Position numbers and translations under genes: made by a program. Below are positions 26,960 to 35,685 of a stretch of DNA of 64,000 nt, one piece after another. Numbering within the stretch: the stretch's first letter is position 1; the number at the start of each line of letters is the position of its first letter. The stretch lies in the sequence record OR644643.1; one strand, 5' to 3'. This DNA is from Klebsiella phage NU-KP11. The notes beneath the pieces were generated by a model, which saw nothing but the letters and a program-made list of their open reading frames with translations, searched no databases and was not told where the DNA came from.

Positions 26960-27979
26960 TTAAAATTCATGGTTCAGGATTTTGCCCCATACAGGGCGAA
27001 TCATGTTTTGGGCTTCGGTTACAAACAGCTTTTTAGCCATTGCTGGGTCTTCGAACTGTTCGAGGAAAGGCCCGTGATTACGGCTGATTTCTTCGATAGC
27101 ATCCTGAACAGTTAAGCCCATAATGCGACCGAAATCTTTAGCAGTGATCGAAGCCAGATCCAGTTTCGAAAGAACGTTTTTCACACGGTTCTCTGTAAGG
27201 TAACAAACAAACTCATCGAGTTGGTTTTTGTCTTTTTCTGACAGTGAAACCGGAGCATTAAAGCGGGTTGCTTTCTTCGCTTTCTTCTCAGTGAATTTGG
27301 TTGTTTTGCATTTGATTGCAACGCGTTCACCGTTTGGCATAAAAGCAGGTGAAACAGGTTTCATTACAAAACCTTCTGCAATGTTGCCCTCTTCAACGTC
27401 CATGATAGGATATACGAATTCACCATATACTGTGTTATCGCTACCAATGCCGCTATTTGCTTTATTCACAACAGATTCAAACGTGATCGGCAGTTCTTTG
27501 ATCTCTTCAAAAGTACCGTATCCCAACAGCGGGGCCATTTTCAGGCCATGAGATCGAGAGATAAGCGAGCACAGGTTATCCGGAAGGAATTCACCATTTA
27601 CACGGATATCGAATACGTAGAAATCTTTTTCGCCGTAATCAACATCTTTCTGTACACCGCGCCCCGCAAATTCACCGTAGACTTGAATAACCAAATCATC
27701 ATAAGTTCCGGTCTTTTTGAGGGTTTCCCACATCTTACGGATCCCTGGTGAATACTTTGCAACTACTGCTGAACAGCCATAAAAATCTTCGGCTGGCTTC
27801 ACAACATCAGTACGCTTTGCGGGGGTAACGGTAACGCCGTCATCGGTGATAAAACTAAAGTTAGCACCGTGGATCTTTTCACGCGCAACCCACACACCGC
27901 CAGTAAGCCCGTTCATAATTACACCATTGATGAACTTACCTTCATAATGGTTAGTCAGAGAAGAATATTTCTTAAACAT
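26960..27979 (-). CDS. rnlB: RNA ligase 2 (RnlB, T4 gene 24.1)
   Basis: MFKKYSSLTNHYEGKFI...GGVWVAREKIHGANFSFI...VFGEFAG.G.QK.VDYGEKDFYVFDI...RVAIKCK..KF.EKK is nearly colinear with T4 Rnl2 (adenylation lysine in KIHG). Confidence 0.9.
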   Translation of the reverse strand: MFKKYSSLTNHYEGKFINGVIMNGLTGGVWVAREKIHGANFSFITDDGVTVTPAKRTDVVKPAEDFYGCSAVVAKYSPGIRKMWETLKKTGTYDDLVIQVYGEFAGRGVQKDVDYGEKDFYVFDIRVNGEFLPDNLCSLISRSHGLKMAPLLGYGTFEEIKELPITFESVVNKANSGIGSDNTVYGEFVYPIMDVEEGNIAEGFVMKPVSPAFMPNGERVAIKCKTTKFTEKKAKKATRFNAPVSLSEKDKNQLDEFVCYLTENRVKNVLSKLDLASITAKDFGRIMGLTVQDAIEEISRNHGPFLEQFEDPAMAKKLFVTEAQNMIRPVWGKILNHEF

Positions 27980-27982
27980 AAT

Positions 27983-28507
27983 TTAACCTTTCATTTTCAC
28001 ACGTTTTTCGACTTGATAAAGTGCTTTACGCAGCAACTTCACTTTTACTTCATCCAGAATGACATCACCCTTAACGAATGCATCAAGCTGTGATTTTTCT
28101 GCATTAGCGGCATTGATAACCGCTATTGTATTTTCTTGTGTATATCCCAGACGTGGATTAATACGTTCCATTGTACGGGCATACGGGCTACCTGGTTTAT
28201 TGCTAAACATCTTACCGGAATACTGACAACGTTCAGTTGTCATCAATACTTTCCAATCTTCCAGAGTAAGGTCAAAAGAATGGTTGTTCTTTGCGGCGTG
28301 TTCATGCTTGAGATTATATGAACGCGCAATACGCAGATCCAATTCAATAGCAGACGCACGGCGGCGATGCTCAATGAGTTCGGGGCTAAGGGCCACAATC
28401 TCAGGTTCTTTTGCTTTACGAACCGCTTCTACATCAGGTGCGGCTTGGTTTGGTTTTACGTTTGAAGTAGCAATACTAGCCCAACGATCCATCGCAGATT
28501 TACGCAT
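27983..28507 (-). CDS. putative HNH-type endonuclease-like protein (174 aa)
   Basis: C...C.YSG...ERINPRLGYTQENTIAVINAANAEK resembles the HNH_3/Mob-like nuclease core. Weak; needs a profile search. Confidence 0.4.
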   Translation of the reverse strand: MRKSAMDRWASIATSNVKPNQAAPDVEAVRKAKEPEIVALSPELIEHRRRASAIELDLRIARSYNLKHEHAAKNNHSFDLTLEDWKVLMTTERCQYSGKMFSNKPGSPYARTMERINPRLGYTQENTIAVINAANAEKSQLDAFVKGDVILDEVKVKLLRKALYQVEKRVKMKG

Positions 28508-28896
28508 TAGATAATCCCCGCATCTTGAAACGCCAGCGCCATAGAGGTGTTAAGATGTTCGCGTTTAAACGGGCGAGGTTTCTTTTCTTTCTTCATCGGA
28601 CGTTTAGCACGTTCTAAATTGTACACACGCTTACGATGGATTTCGATCGCTTCGCGGCGCATTGCATTTTTAACAGGGAGATTTGCAGAACGGAACGCGC
28701 GGATACGTTCAATTTCCTGTACTACCTGGTAAATATCGCCGTTATCTAACCCATGTTCACGGGCAATTTCGGCATAACCTTTACGCAAATCATTGAATTT
28801 GAAATGAATTTGCACTTTTTCGGCTTGAGACAGTTCGGAAATGCTACGGTGTACAATTTTCATATTATTTTCCTTTGGTAGAATCGATTTTTGCAA
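28507..28896 (-). CDS. hypothetical protein, possible helix-turn-helix DNA-binding protein
   Basis: LSQAEKVQIHFKFNDLRKGYAEIAREHGL looks like an HTH. Lys/Arg-rich C-terminus. Confidence 0.4.
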   Translation of the reverse strand: MQKSILPKENNMKIVHRSISELSQAEKVQIHFKFNDLRKGYAEIAREHGLDNGDIYQVVQEIERIRAFRSANLPVKNAMRREAIEIHRKRVYNLERAKRPMKKEKKPRPFKREHLNTSMALAFQDAGII

Positions 28897-29191
28897 CTAC
28901 ATTCAACACGCTATCGTTTCGGCTGTCAACATTTTTTAGAACAAAAGTTACTACCGTATACACTCCAGCGCTCATGTTGAAATTATCAACAAACGGGATC
29001 TGCTGATCATCAAGAGTGTTGACCATTTCTTCCATGTCATTTGGGTGGTCAACGTTGATGAAAATACTTTCCGATACATGATTTTTGTATCGGGTTCCAA
29101 TTCGTTCATCGAGTTTTTTACACATTACATCAACTAACATTTGTTTGTCAATGCCTAAAACACCAGAGTAGACCACATGATATAGTTTCAT
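28865..29191 (-). CDS. hypothetical protein (108 aa)
   Basis: ORF track. Confidence 0.45.
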   Translation of the reverse strand: MKLYHVVYSGVLGIDKQMLVDVMCKKLDERIGTRYKNHVSESIFINVDHPNDMEEMVNTLDDQQIPFVDNFNMSAGVYTVVTFVLKNVDSRNDSVLNVVAKIDSTKGK

Positions 29192-29364
29192 ACAATATCC
29201 TCTTCCGATTCATTAACAATTGCAAAGGAAAGGAATGTAAAAGCAACCCCTAACCCAACCATCCAGATAGCCGTTAAATCACCATACATTGATGAATACG
29301 CGCCCATCACTTCTAAGCGATATCCCAGCAAGAAAACGAGATACGCCAACACTTTATCATTCAT
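29189..29364 (-). CDS. unannotated small membrane protein (~58 aa, MNDKVLAYLVFLLGYRLEVMGAYSSMYGDLTAIWMVGLGVAFTFLSFAIVNESEEDIV)
   Basis: Read from the sequence. Fills a 170-bp gap. ATGA start/stop overlaps with both neighbours. Two predicted hydrophobic helices. Below the 60-aa track cutoff. Confidence 0.35.
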
Positions 29365-29678
29365 AATTCCTCACAAAACGCCCATGCTGCATGGTAAACG
29401 CTCGCGCCTTTGTCTTCGTTCATGCATACAACATCAACCGGACACACAACCCTGTACAGAACAGGATCCCCACCTATAGAACGCGCGGCCCTTCCAGCAT
29501 ATATACGAGCTAACCCGATATCAGCGGTAAAGAAAACACGGTCTAAATTTTTCTTTCTGCCCTTTTCAGACAGAGTATCAGAATCACAGGGAGGCAATAA
29601 CATGCTTTCAATACCAGCAGCAGTACACGAACCGTGATAATAAACAACGTTTTCATTTCTGCAATGTATCGTTTTCAT
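29361..29678 (-). CDS. hypothetical Cys-rich protein (105 aa)
   Basis: ORF track. Several Cys/His. Confidence 0.45.
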   Translation of the reverse strand: MKTIHCRNENVVYYHGSCTAAGIESMLLPPCDSDTLSEKGRKKNLDRVFFTADIGLARIYAGRAARSIGGDPVLYRVVCPVDVVCMNEDKGASVYHAAWAFCEEL

Positions 29679-29710
29679 GTATCCTCCCTTAAAAAGATGC
29701 TTACATTATA

Positions 29711-30586
29711 TCAAATGGATAAATCCATGCAAGAAATTTCTCGATCTACATCTTCTTTTGTCTTGTTGACATACGCCAGGTATTCATCGGTATACATTTT
29801 CCGCTTTCTGGCTATTCTTTCAGCAGTCGCACACATTTGAGCTTCTGACGGTTTATAAGGCAACCTTTCTCCAAATCCTTCAACAGTTAGACGAACGAAA
29901 GGAACCGCAGAAGTTATAATGTCATTACCATACGCATAACCATTTTTAGTAAATACGGCTTTGTTGAATCGTTCATGGTGTACGCCTTCAACCTCAACCT
30001 GATCACCATAGTAAGCAATAGTATCAATGCGATGGTTAAGAATGATAGCACCAGATTCAATGATTTTCAGTGCAGCGGCCTTTCCTTGTTCGCGAGCATA
30101 AGCCACGATTTCATAAGAACCGATATCTATAGCGGAACCATGATTACCAACGATGTAAAACATGGAGTTAATTAGGTGCTTAGAGATATATGCATACGTT
30201 TTATACATCTGATACTGTTCATTACGCAGACACATACCCGCTTTGTATTCACGTCGTAACTGCATAAGGTTTTGAATCACTTCATCAATACGCCATCCGT
30301 TAGGGAATTCTGCCTTTTTCTCACGTGCGATATGGATCAACGCGTTTCCATACATCGCGTTAAACGTCATGATCCGGATCCCTTCAACGTAACCATCGAT
30401 AGGGGCTTGCCATGTAATAGGGCTATACTTCGGATCGTGGTCAGGACGCATTTTAGGGGTATGGTGGCGACGGAATCCAACATGAGCCGCAAAACGATCT
30501 TCAATTTCACGGGAGTAATAGTTGTAAGAGTCCATGTCGCGGTCGCGGGAAAATTCTACAATGAAGCGATGTAAATTGATTTTCAT
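29711..30586 (-). CDS. hypothetical protein (291 aa)
   Basis: ORF track. IVGNHGS segment is weakly reminiscent of metallophosphoesterase GNH motif, but the other motifs are absent. Confidence 0.5.
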   Translation of the reverse strand: MKINLHRFIVEFSRDRDMDSYNYYSREIEDRFAAHVGFRRHHTPKMRPDHDPKYSPITWQAPIDGYVEGIRIMTFNAMYGNALIHIAREKKAEFPNGWRIDEVIQNLMQLRREYKAGMCLRNEQYQMYKTYAYISKHLINSMFYIVGNHGSAIDIGSYEIVAYAREQGKAAALKIIESGAIILNHRIDTIAYYGDQVEVEGVHHERFNKAVFTKNGYAYGNDIITSAVPFVRLTVEGFGERLPYKPSEAQMCATAERIARKRKMYTDEYLAYVNKTKEDVDREISCMDLSI

Positions 30587-30700
30587 ATCGTATACCTTAT
30601 GGTTTAAAGTTCTTCCGGCCTATCCGTCGAACACCATAACCATACACCACTGTCAGAAAGCATGTCAATAAATAATAGAAAATAAACTGGAGAATTTTAC

Positions 30701-31540
30701 ATGAAGTCATTTAAACAATTCACAGAAAGCACCTTAACCGAAGCGCTGATCACCTTCGGAGGCCGTGCTTATCCTAAGTTCGGTCAGGTTGTTATTCTGG
30801 CTGGCGGTGCTGGTTCCGGTAAAGGGTTCACACTGGAAAAACTGCTAGGCATCGAAGGTATTACCCTGGACGTTGACGCCCTGAAAAAACTTGTAATGGG
30901 TAGCGATAAACTCGCAGCAGAGATCAAGAAACAAACTGGTCATGATGTCAAAACAATGAACCTCAAAAACCCAGAAAACGTATCTACCCTCCATCATGTG
31001 ATCGCCGACGTTTTCAACATTTCCAACAAAAACCAAAACCGTGTTTATTCCGGTATTATGGCAGCACCAGAAGATCGTAAACCTAACCTCATCTTTGACG
31101 TAACGTTAAAAGGCATGAGCAAGCTGGCAAGCATCGCGCGTGATGTCGAAAAGCTGGGATACAAGAAAGAAAACGTACATATCGTATGGGTTATGAACGA
31201 TGTGCATATTGCTATGCAGCAGAACCAGAAACGTGATCGTGTAGTTCCTAAAGAAATTCTCATGGATACCCACGAAGGCGCGGCCCTTACTATGGCGAAG
31301 ATCCTGAACATGGGTGATTCTCTTAAACAGTATATGGACGGCGACATTTGGATCAGCTTTAACAAAGTTGGTGTTGATAGCGAGATCAAGAAATCAAGTA
31401 ACAAAGGGATGTTTGTTGTTAAGTCAAACTACATCAAAGTTAAAGCCCGTGGTAAACCTCAGAAATCGGTAGCTGAACTGGATAAGGAAATTGTGGCTAA
31501 AGTTGCAGCATACGCACCGAAAACTGATACTTGGGGTTGA
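30701..31540 (+). CDS. P-loop NTPase / putative kinase (zeta-toxin or AAA_33-like)
   Basis: Walker A VVILAGGAGSGKGFTLEKLL near the N-terminus. Plus strand, divergent from its neighbours. Confidence 0.55.
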   Translation: MKSFKQFTESTLTEALITFGGRAYPKFGQVVILAGGAGSGKGFTLEKLLGIEGITLDVDALKKLVMGSDKLAAEIKKQTGHDVKTMNLKNPENVSTLHHVIADVFNISNKNQNRVYSGIMAAPEDRKPNLIFDVTLKGMSKLASIARDVEKLGYKKENVHIVWVMNDVHIAMQQNQKRDRVVPKEILMDTHEGAALTMAKILNMGDSLKQYMDGDIWISFNKVGVDSEIKKSSNKGMFVVKSNYIKVKARGKPQKSVAELDKEIVAKVAAYAPKTDTWG

Positions 31541-31589
31541 CATTAATGATTAAACATTATAGTATGCATACACAAACTGAGGAATTGAT

Positions 31590-32054
31590 ATGAATAAGTT
31601 TTTCTTTGATATGGATGGTGTATTGTTCGACTGGGAAGGTTCATTTGTGCCAATGTATGGCGAACCCTCGATGATGACAGAAGATGAGTTGAAAAAGTGC
31701 AAAGCAAAAATTGCCAAAACTGATTTCTACGAAAATCTGGAACCAATCAAAGAAGGATTTGAATTATTCCATCATTTAAGAACACTTGGTGATGTAGCAA
31801 TACTAACCAGTGTCGGTAAATTCAATTCTGACGGTGTTGCCGAACAGAAACGTAAAGCATTACAAAAAGTATTGGGTTACGTTCCAGAATTCCACTACGT
31901 TAAAAGTAGCCATGAAAAAGCAGCATTCGCTGGTAAAGGAATCCTGTTTGACGATCGGGCAAAAGCGGTGTTGCCTTTCAGAAAAGCAGGAGGTAAAGCA
32001 ATCCTCTTTGTTGGTGATAAGAAAACAGCGCTTGATGAATTAAAAAGATTGTAA
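31590..32054 (+). CDS. HAD-superfamily phosphatase, 5-prime(3-prime)-deoxyribonucleotidase-like
   Basis: Motif I FFFDMDGVLFDWEG. Shares TDFY(E/K)NL motif with the convergent HAD gene. Confidence 0.6.
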   Translation: MNKFFFDMDGVLFDWEGSFVPMYGEPSMMTEDELKKCKAKIAKTDFYENLEPIKEGFELFHHLRTLGDVAILTSVGKFNSDGVAEQKRKALQKVLGYVPEFHYVKSSHEKAAFAGKGILFDDRAKAVLPFRKAGGKAILFVGDKKTALDELKRL

Positions 32055-32059
32055 AAGAA

Positions 32060-32086
32060 AGGGAACCATTGCGGTTCCCTTTTTTG
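32060..32086. terminator. bidirectional rho-independent terminator between convergent HAD genes
   Basis: AGGGAACC-ATTGC-GGTTCCCT flanked by an A-run upstream and TTTTTTG downstream. Confidence 0.65.
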
Positions 32087-32605
32087 TTATTGATTAGCCT
32101 TTGCAAGCGCTTCTGTGACTAGCTGAATATTTTCTTCCAGGGTTTCCGCAAGGAAAATACCAGGAACTTTATTAGCTAGATGAGAATTGTTCCAGATTTC
32201 AAGATGTTTCTGGTTGCGGGAAATCAGAACACCACGATAGGCATGTTCTGCGAACTGTTCCGGATAGTCAATGCGACTAAAATCGAGACGAGAGACCCCC
32301 AGTTCAGCGCAAATCTTATCTGTATAGTTCAGTTTTTCTTTCATAACCCAAAGAGGGCTGACCGCTTCCGCGCGAAGCAGCAAAGTAGCAGGATCACCGA
32401 TTCGGCGTTGGAAACTCCATTGAAGGAGGTCAATCCCAGCCTGAATACGGGGAAGGTTTTTATAAAAATCAGTACGCACCAAAGAAGCCGCCATTTCGTC
32501 ATATCGTTCTTTTGGCGTTCCTTCCGGACGTACACCGAACTTATCATAAAAAGCCTGAGAAAATTCTGCTAAAGTGTCGTCGAAATCAAAAAGAAGTGTA
32601 TTCAT
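32087..32605 (-). CDS. HAD-superfamily phosphatase (paralog of 31590-32054)
   Basis: Motif I LLFDFDDTLAEF. Shared RTDFYKNLPRI motif. Confidence 0.55.
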   Translation of the reverse strand: MNTLLFDFDDTLAEFSQAFYDKFGVRPEGTPKERYDEMAASLVRTDFYKNLPRIQAGIDLLQWSFQRRIGDPATLLLRAEAVSPLWVMKEKLNYTDKICAELGVSRLDFSRIDYPEQFAEHAYRGVLISRNQKHLEIWNNSHLANKVPGIFLAETLEENIQLVTEALAKANQ

Positions 32606-32618
32606 TGTTTGCCTTATT

Positions 32619-32894
32619 TTATTGGTCAGGATCTGGTTCAGGAGCAGGAGTCAATGACAACAGACTAACCAGTTTACCATTACGAGATTCGATTACATGA
32701 ATATCACCATAATCTTCAAACGCCTCTTTCAGAGTATCAAACTCTAATTTATATTTTTCTTCCGCATAATCGCGCCAGTCGTCGCCTTTCTCAAAAGCAT
32801 CAACGATAATATCGTATAGCCAGTATGGAAGATATGTAAAACTGGTATTTCTCCACGGAATAGGATGAACCGTAGTCCATTTTTCAGTTGCCAT
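32619..32894 (-). CDS. free-standing paralog of the Hoc capsid-binding domain (mini-Hoc, 91 aa)
   Basis: WTTVHPIPWRNTSFTYLPYWLYDII...GDDWRDY...ESRNGKLV parallels the Hoc C-terminal domain WTVHPIPWRDTSFTPIGYWVLDEI...GKDWKTDY...DSRNGYIH. No Ig domains. Confidence 0.6.
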   Translation of the reverse strand: MATEKWTTVHPIPWRNTSFTYLPYWLYDIIVDAFEKGDDWRDYAEEKYKLEFDTLKEAFEDYGDIHVIESRNGKLVSLLSLTPAPEPDPDQ

Positions 32895-32904
32895 TTAAAG
32901 CCTC

Positions 32905-33966
32905 TTAGATTTCACTCATTTTATGAATATAGCCGTTTCGTGAATCCTGGATCTCACATTCACCGTTTTCCATGAACGCTTTCAGGATCGTTTGTACTTC
33001 CTCACTATACTTATAATCAGCATAATCAGTTTTCCAATCTTTACCCTGTGCTTTCTGATACAGAATTTCATCAAGTACCCAATAACCGATCGGGGTAAAG
33101 CTGGTATCACGCCACGGAATCGGGTGAACCGTCCATTTGGAAACGAGATCATCAGAATTTTGATTAACAGTTACGACACATACAGTTGATGTGATGGTAT
33201 CGGAATTCGCATCAGTGACTACAACTTTATACGAACCCGCATCATCCAGAGCCGCACTTGCCACTGTAAGAGTATCCGCATCGTCTCCAACCGGAGAATC
33301 ATCCTTAGTCCATGCATAAGAATAAGGAGAAGTACCACCCAATACAGTTACACTAAGGATCAATGCAGAATCCTGTGTTACGGAAGCGGTCGGGCTTAGA
33401 TTTTTATCAAACGCAAGAGCAGGCGTAACGCTAACAGCACAAGCACTAGAAGTTTTTCTGTTACCCAGTGAATCCGTCACTTCTACCGTATATGAACCTG
33501 CATCACCACTTGCAGCCGCGCTAATTGTTAAGGTTGCAGAATCACCACTAACAACAGTAGAACCACGTTTCCATACATAGGTATACGGGGATTTACCGCC
33601 AGTTACCGCAACAGTCAGGGTAAGTTCTTTACCAGTAACAACAGATTTTGTTGCAGGTAAATCAGTACCAAATGCGATTACCGGATAAGTGATCACGGTG
33701 ATTGTATCAGACGTGGTTTCTGTTGCTGATTCTTCATCAGCACCGTGTTTTAAGATCAGGGTATAATCACCAGCAGTTGTACCGTCAACCGTAGTTGTGT
33801 AAGTATCGGCGGTTGCGTCTGGAATATCTACACCATCTTTTTGCCAACGATAGGCCAGAAACACATCACCAGGATCTAGTTCAGTAGTTTCAACCTCTAA
33901 GGTCAAAGTTTCGCCAATCAAAAGTTCGTTTTTGTTGGCGCTAATTGTTACAGAAGGAATTGCCAT
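32905..33966 (-). CDS. hoc: highly immunogenic outer capsid protein Hoc (three Ig-like domains plus C-terminal capsid-binding domain)
   Basis: C-terminal domain matches T4 Hoc (HPLPHR/HPIPWR, GKDWKTD, SRNGYI). Three tandem Ig-like repeats with SPY(T/S)Y.W(K/T) and GSY.V.VTD motifs. Confidence 0.85.
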   Translation of the reverse strand: MAIPSVTISANKNELLIGETLTLEVETTELDPGDVFLAYRWQKDGVDIPDATADTYTTTVDGTTAGDYTLILKHGADEESATETTSDTITVITYPVIAFGTDLPATKSVVTGKELTLTVAVTGGKSPYTYVWKRGSTVVSGDSATLTISAAASGDAGSYTVEVTDSLGNRKTSSACAVSVTPALAFDKNLSPTASVTQDSALILSVTVLGGTSPYSYAWTKDDSPVGDDADTLTVASAALDDAGSYKVVVTDANSDTITSTVCVVTVNQNSDDLVSKWTVHPIPWRDTSFTPIGYWVLDEILYQKAQGKDWKTDYADYKYSEEVQTILKAFMENGECEIQDSRNGYIHKMSEI

Positions 33967-33994
33967 AAATTTAACCTCTTATGTTTATTGGTAT

Positions 33995-34564
33995 TTATAG
34001 CCGGAGTATTTTACCGTTACACGTTCCGCATTTGTCGTAGTCGTTAACACGTCCATACCCATTACATTCAGGACAAAACGGAGTAGTAACCCCGAAAACG
34101 TTACGGATCGCATAAGTGGATTGTTCTTCGGTCAACCCAACAAACCCATCAGTTTTAATAAAATGTTCTTTTTGTGAAGAAAGCATATCGGTGTCATCAT
34201 CAAGAATGAGATAGTTTTTACATCCGAAAGTATCGATCCATGCCTTGATTTCATCACCACGCATTCCAGTACTATGAGGGAAGTTAGTGCAAGTTTTACC
34301 AATGATCCGATACAATCCCCACGGATAAAATATTTCACGTAGATTATGGGTACTGTTGCCGATTCTCCACGTAGAGGAAATGACGATATCACAATTAGCG
34401 TGATTCACTATCCGGCGTAAGTGTCGTGCGCATTCGATGTCCATATGTTCACCAAATTTCATGCACCGCATATTATTTAGAACGCCATCGATATCAAGAA
34501 AAATAACGTTACCAATCTCGTTACCATCGCTCAAATCTTTTAAACATTCGTGATTTAAGTTCAT
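33995..34564 (-). CDS. HAD-like phosphatase with C-terminal Cys4 zinc ribbon
   Basis: Motif I VIFLDIDGVLNN. C-terminal CPECNGYG...CGTCNG. Confidence 0.5.
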   Translation of the reverse strand: MNLNHECLKDLSDGNEIGNVIFLDIDGVLNNMRCMKFGEHMDIECARHLRRIVNHANCDIVISSTWRIGNSTHNLREIFYPWGLYRIIGKTCTNFPHSTGMRGDEIKAWIDTFGCKNYLILDDDTDMLSSQKEHFIKTDGFVGLTEEQSTYAIRNVFGVTTPFCPECNGYGRVNDYDKCGTCNGKILRL

Positions 34565-34571
34565 ATTTCAC

Positions 34572-34600
34572 CTAAAAGAAAAGGGGCCGTAGCCCCTTGT
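34572..34600 (-). terminator. hairpin terminator (variant of the recurring GGGGCC-loop-GCCCC element)
   Basis: Minus strand AAGGGGCTACGGCCCCTTTTCTTTT after the 34604-34915 gene. Confidence 0.4.
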
Positions 34601-34603
34601 TAA

Positions 34604-34915
34604 TCAATAGAATCCGCGAGCTTCATTATCCAGTCTACGATCTGCAATCATATGAGCTTCCATTTGACGAGATACGTAATCAGGATCACACTCCATTCTT
34701 TCTTCTTCGTAGTTGTCCCAGGTATCAGCAACCCATTTAGAACCGTTCCAACGAGCATAACCAGGTTCAGCATGAACAGGATAATTTGCTTCCGCAGCGT
34801 GGCGAAGTGCTTCACCTACAGTGTAATAAGGAGCTTTAGAATTGACGATTTTCTTAACTTCACCATTAGTCCAAACAAACAGAACTGGGTAGTAAGCATT
34901 TTTCATCATGTTCAT
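34604..34915 (-). CDS. hypothetical protein (103 aa)
   Basis: ORF track. Confidence 0.45.
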   Translation of the reverse strand: MNMMKNAYYPVLFVWTNGEVKKIVNSKAPYYTVGEALRHAAEANYPVHAEPGYARWNGSKWVADTWDNYEEERMECDPDYVSRQMEAHMIADRRLDNEARGFY

Positions 34916-35007
34916 TTTGTATTTCCTTCTTCACTGCGAGAGCCATTCCCCCGCCTTCGAATACAAATATACTCGAACATCAGGGTAAGGTCAACTACTT
35001 TTTAAAA

Positions 35008-35685
35008 TTATTTTTTGAACGTGTCGAACTGGCTATTTCTGGTTTCGCGTACAGTAACCATCCCATCACGGTGCATGTACCATGCCAGCGACTTGAGGGT
35101 TTGACGCGCTGAATAATGAGGGCAACCATCAGGATGCTTGTACCAATCCGGATTTTGTTTCATCCAATCATAGATCCAATACGGACACGTATAAAAGCCA
35201 GTATTCGAAACAGAGCGGCCCATCATGATGATAGACGGGGTAAACCCTTCCATCCATGCCAGTTCATCAGAAACCGTCTCAGAATCGCTTACAGGAGCTT
35301 GTAGAGCGTCGGGAACAATTTCAATCTGGTCGGCAATTTCCGGAGCAACATCAGGAACGGATGGTTCACCTTCGTATGTAACAATTTCCGGATCAGGGGA
35401 GTCGATCAACAGTTCTGGTTTTTCTGCTGGTACGGCAGCTTCCAGATCAGCAAGCATATTTTCGAATGACTTCTGACGGTTCAGTTTGACATCAAACGTT
35501 TCTTGCGCGTAGGTAGCAAGCTGTAATTTGGCTTCTTTTTGTTCTAAGGCTTTGAAACCTTCAACCTTTTCGTAATCAATACTCATTGTAGTTCTCCAAT
35601 GTTTATCATTATTTAGCCTATAAATATTCATATAAACCGTATATAGGATACACATAGTGGATATCGAAGTCAAATTCCTTAACAC
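35008..35685 (-). CDS. hypothetical protein (225 aa). Size matches T4 Inh (226 aa) but separated from hoc by three genes; not verified.
   Basis: ORF track. The Inh assignment is a guess from size only. Confidence 0.45.
   Translation of the reverse strand: MLRNLTSISTMCILYTVYMNIYRLNNDKHWRTTMSIDYEKVEGFKALEQKEAKLQLATYAQETFDVKLNRQKSFENMLADLEAAVPAEKPELLIDSPDPEIVTYEGEPSVPDVAPEIADQIEIVPDALQAPVSDSETVSDELAWMEGFTPSIIMMGRSVSNTGFYTCPYWIYDWMKQNPDWYKHPDGCPHYSARQTLKSLAWYMHRDGMVTVRETRNSQFDTFKK

Noticed and set aside
29711-30586. Calling the 291-aa protein a metallophosphoesterase
   Set aside because: Only a GNHG-like tetrapeptide is present. The GDxHG and GDxxDRG motifs that define the family are absent.
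35008-35685. Calling the 225-aa protein Inh (inhibitor of prohead protease)
   Set aside because: Only size (226 aa in T4) and loose neighbourhood support it. I cannot recall Inh sequence well enough to confirm it, and the gene is separated from hoc by three other genes. Left as hypothetical.
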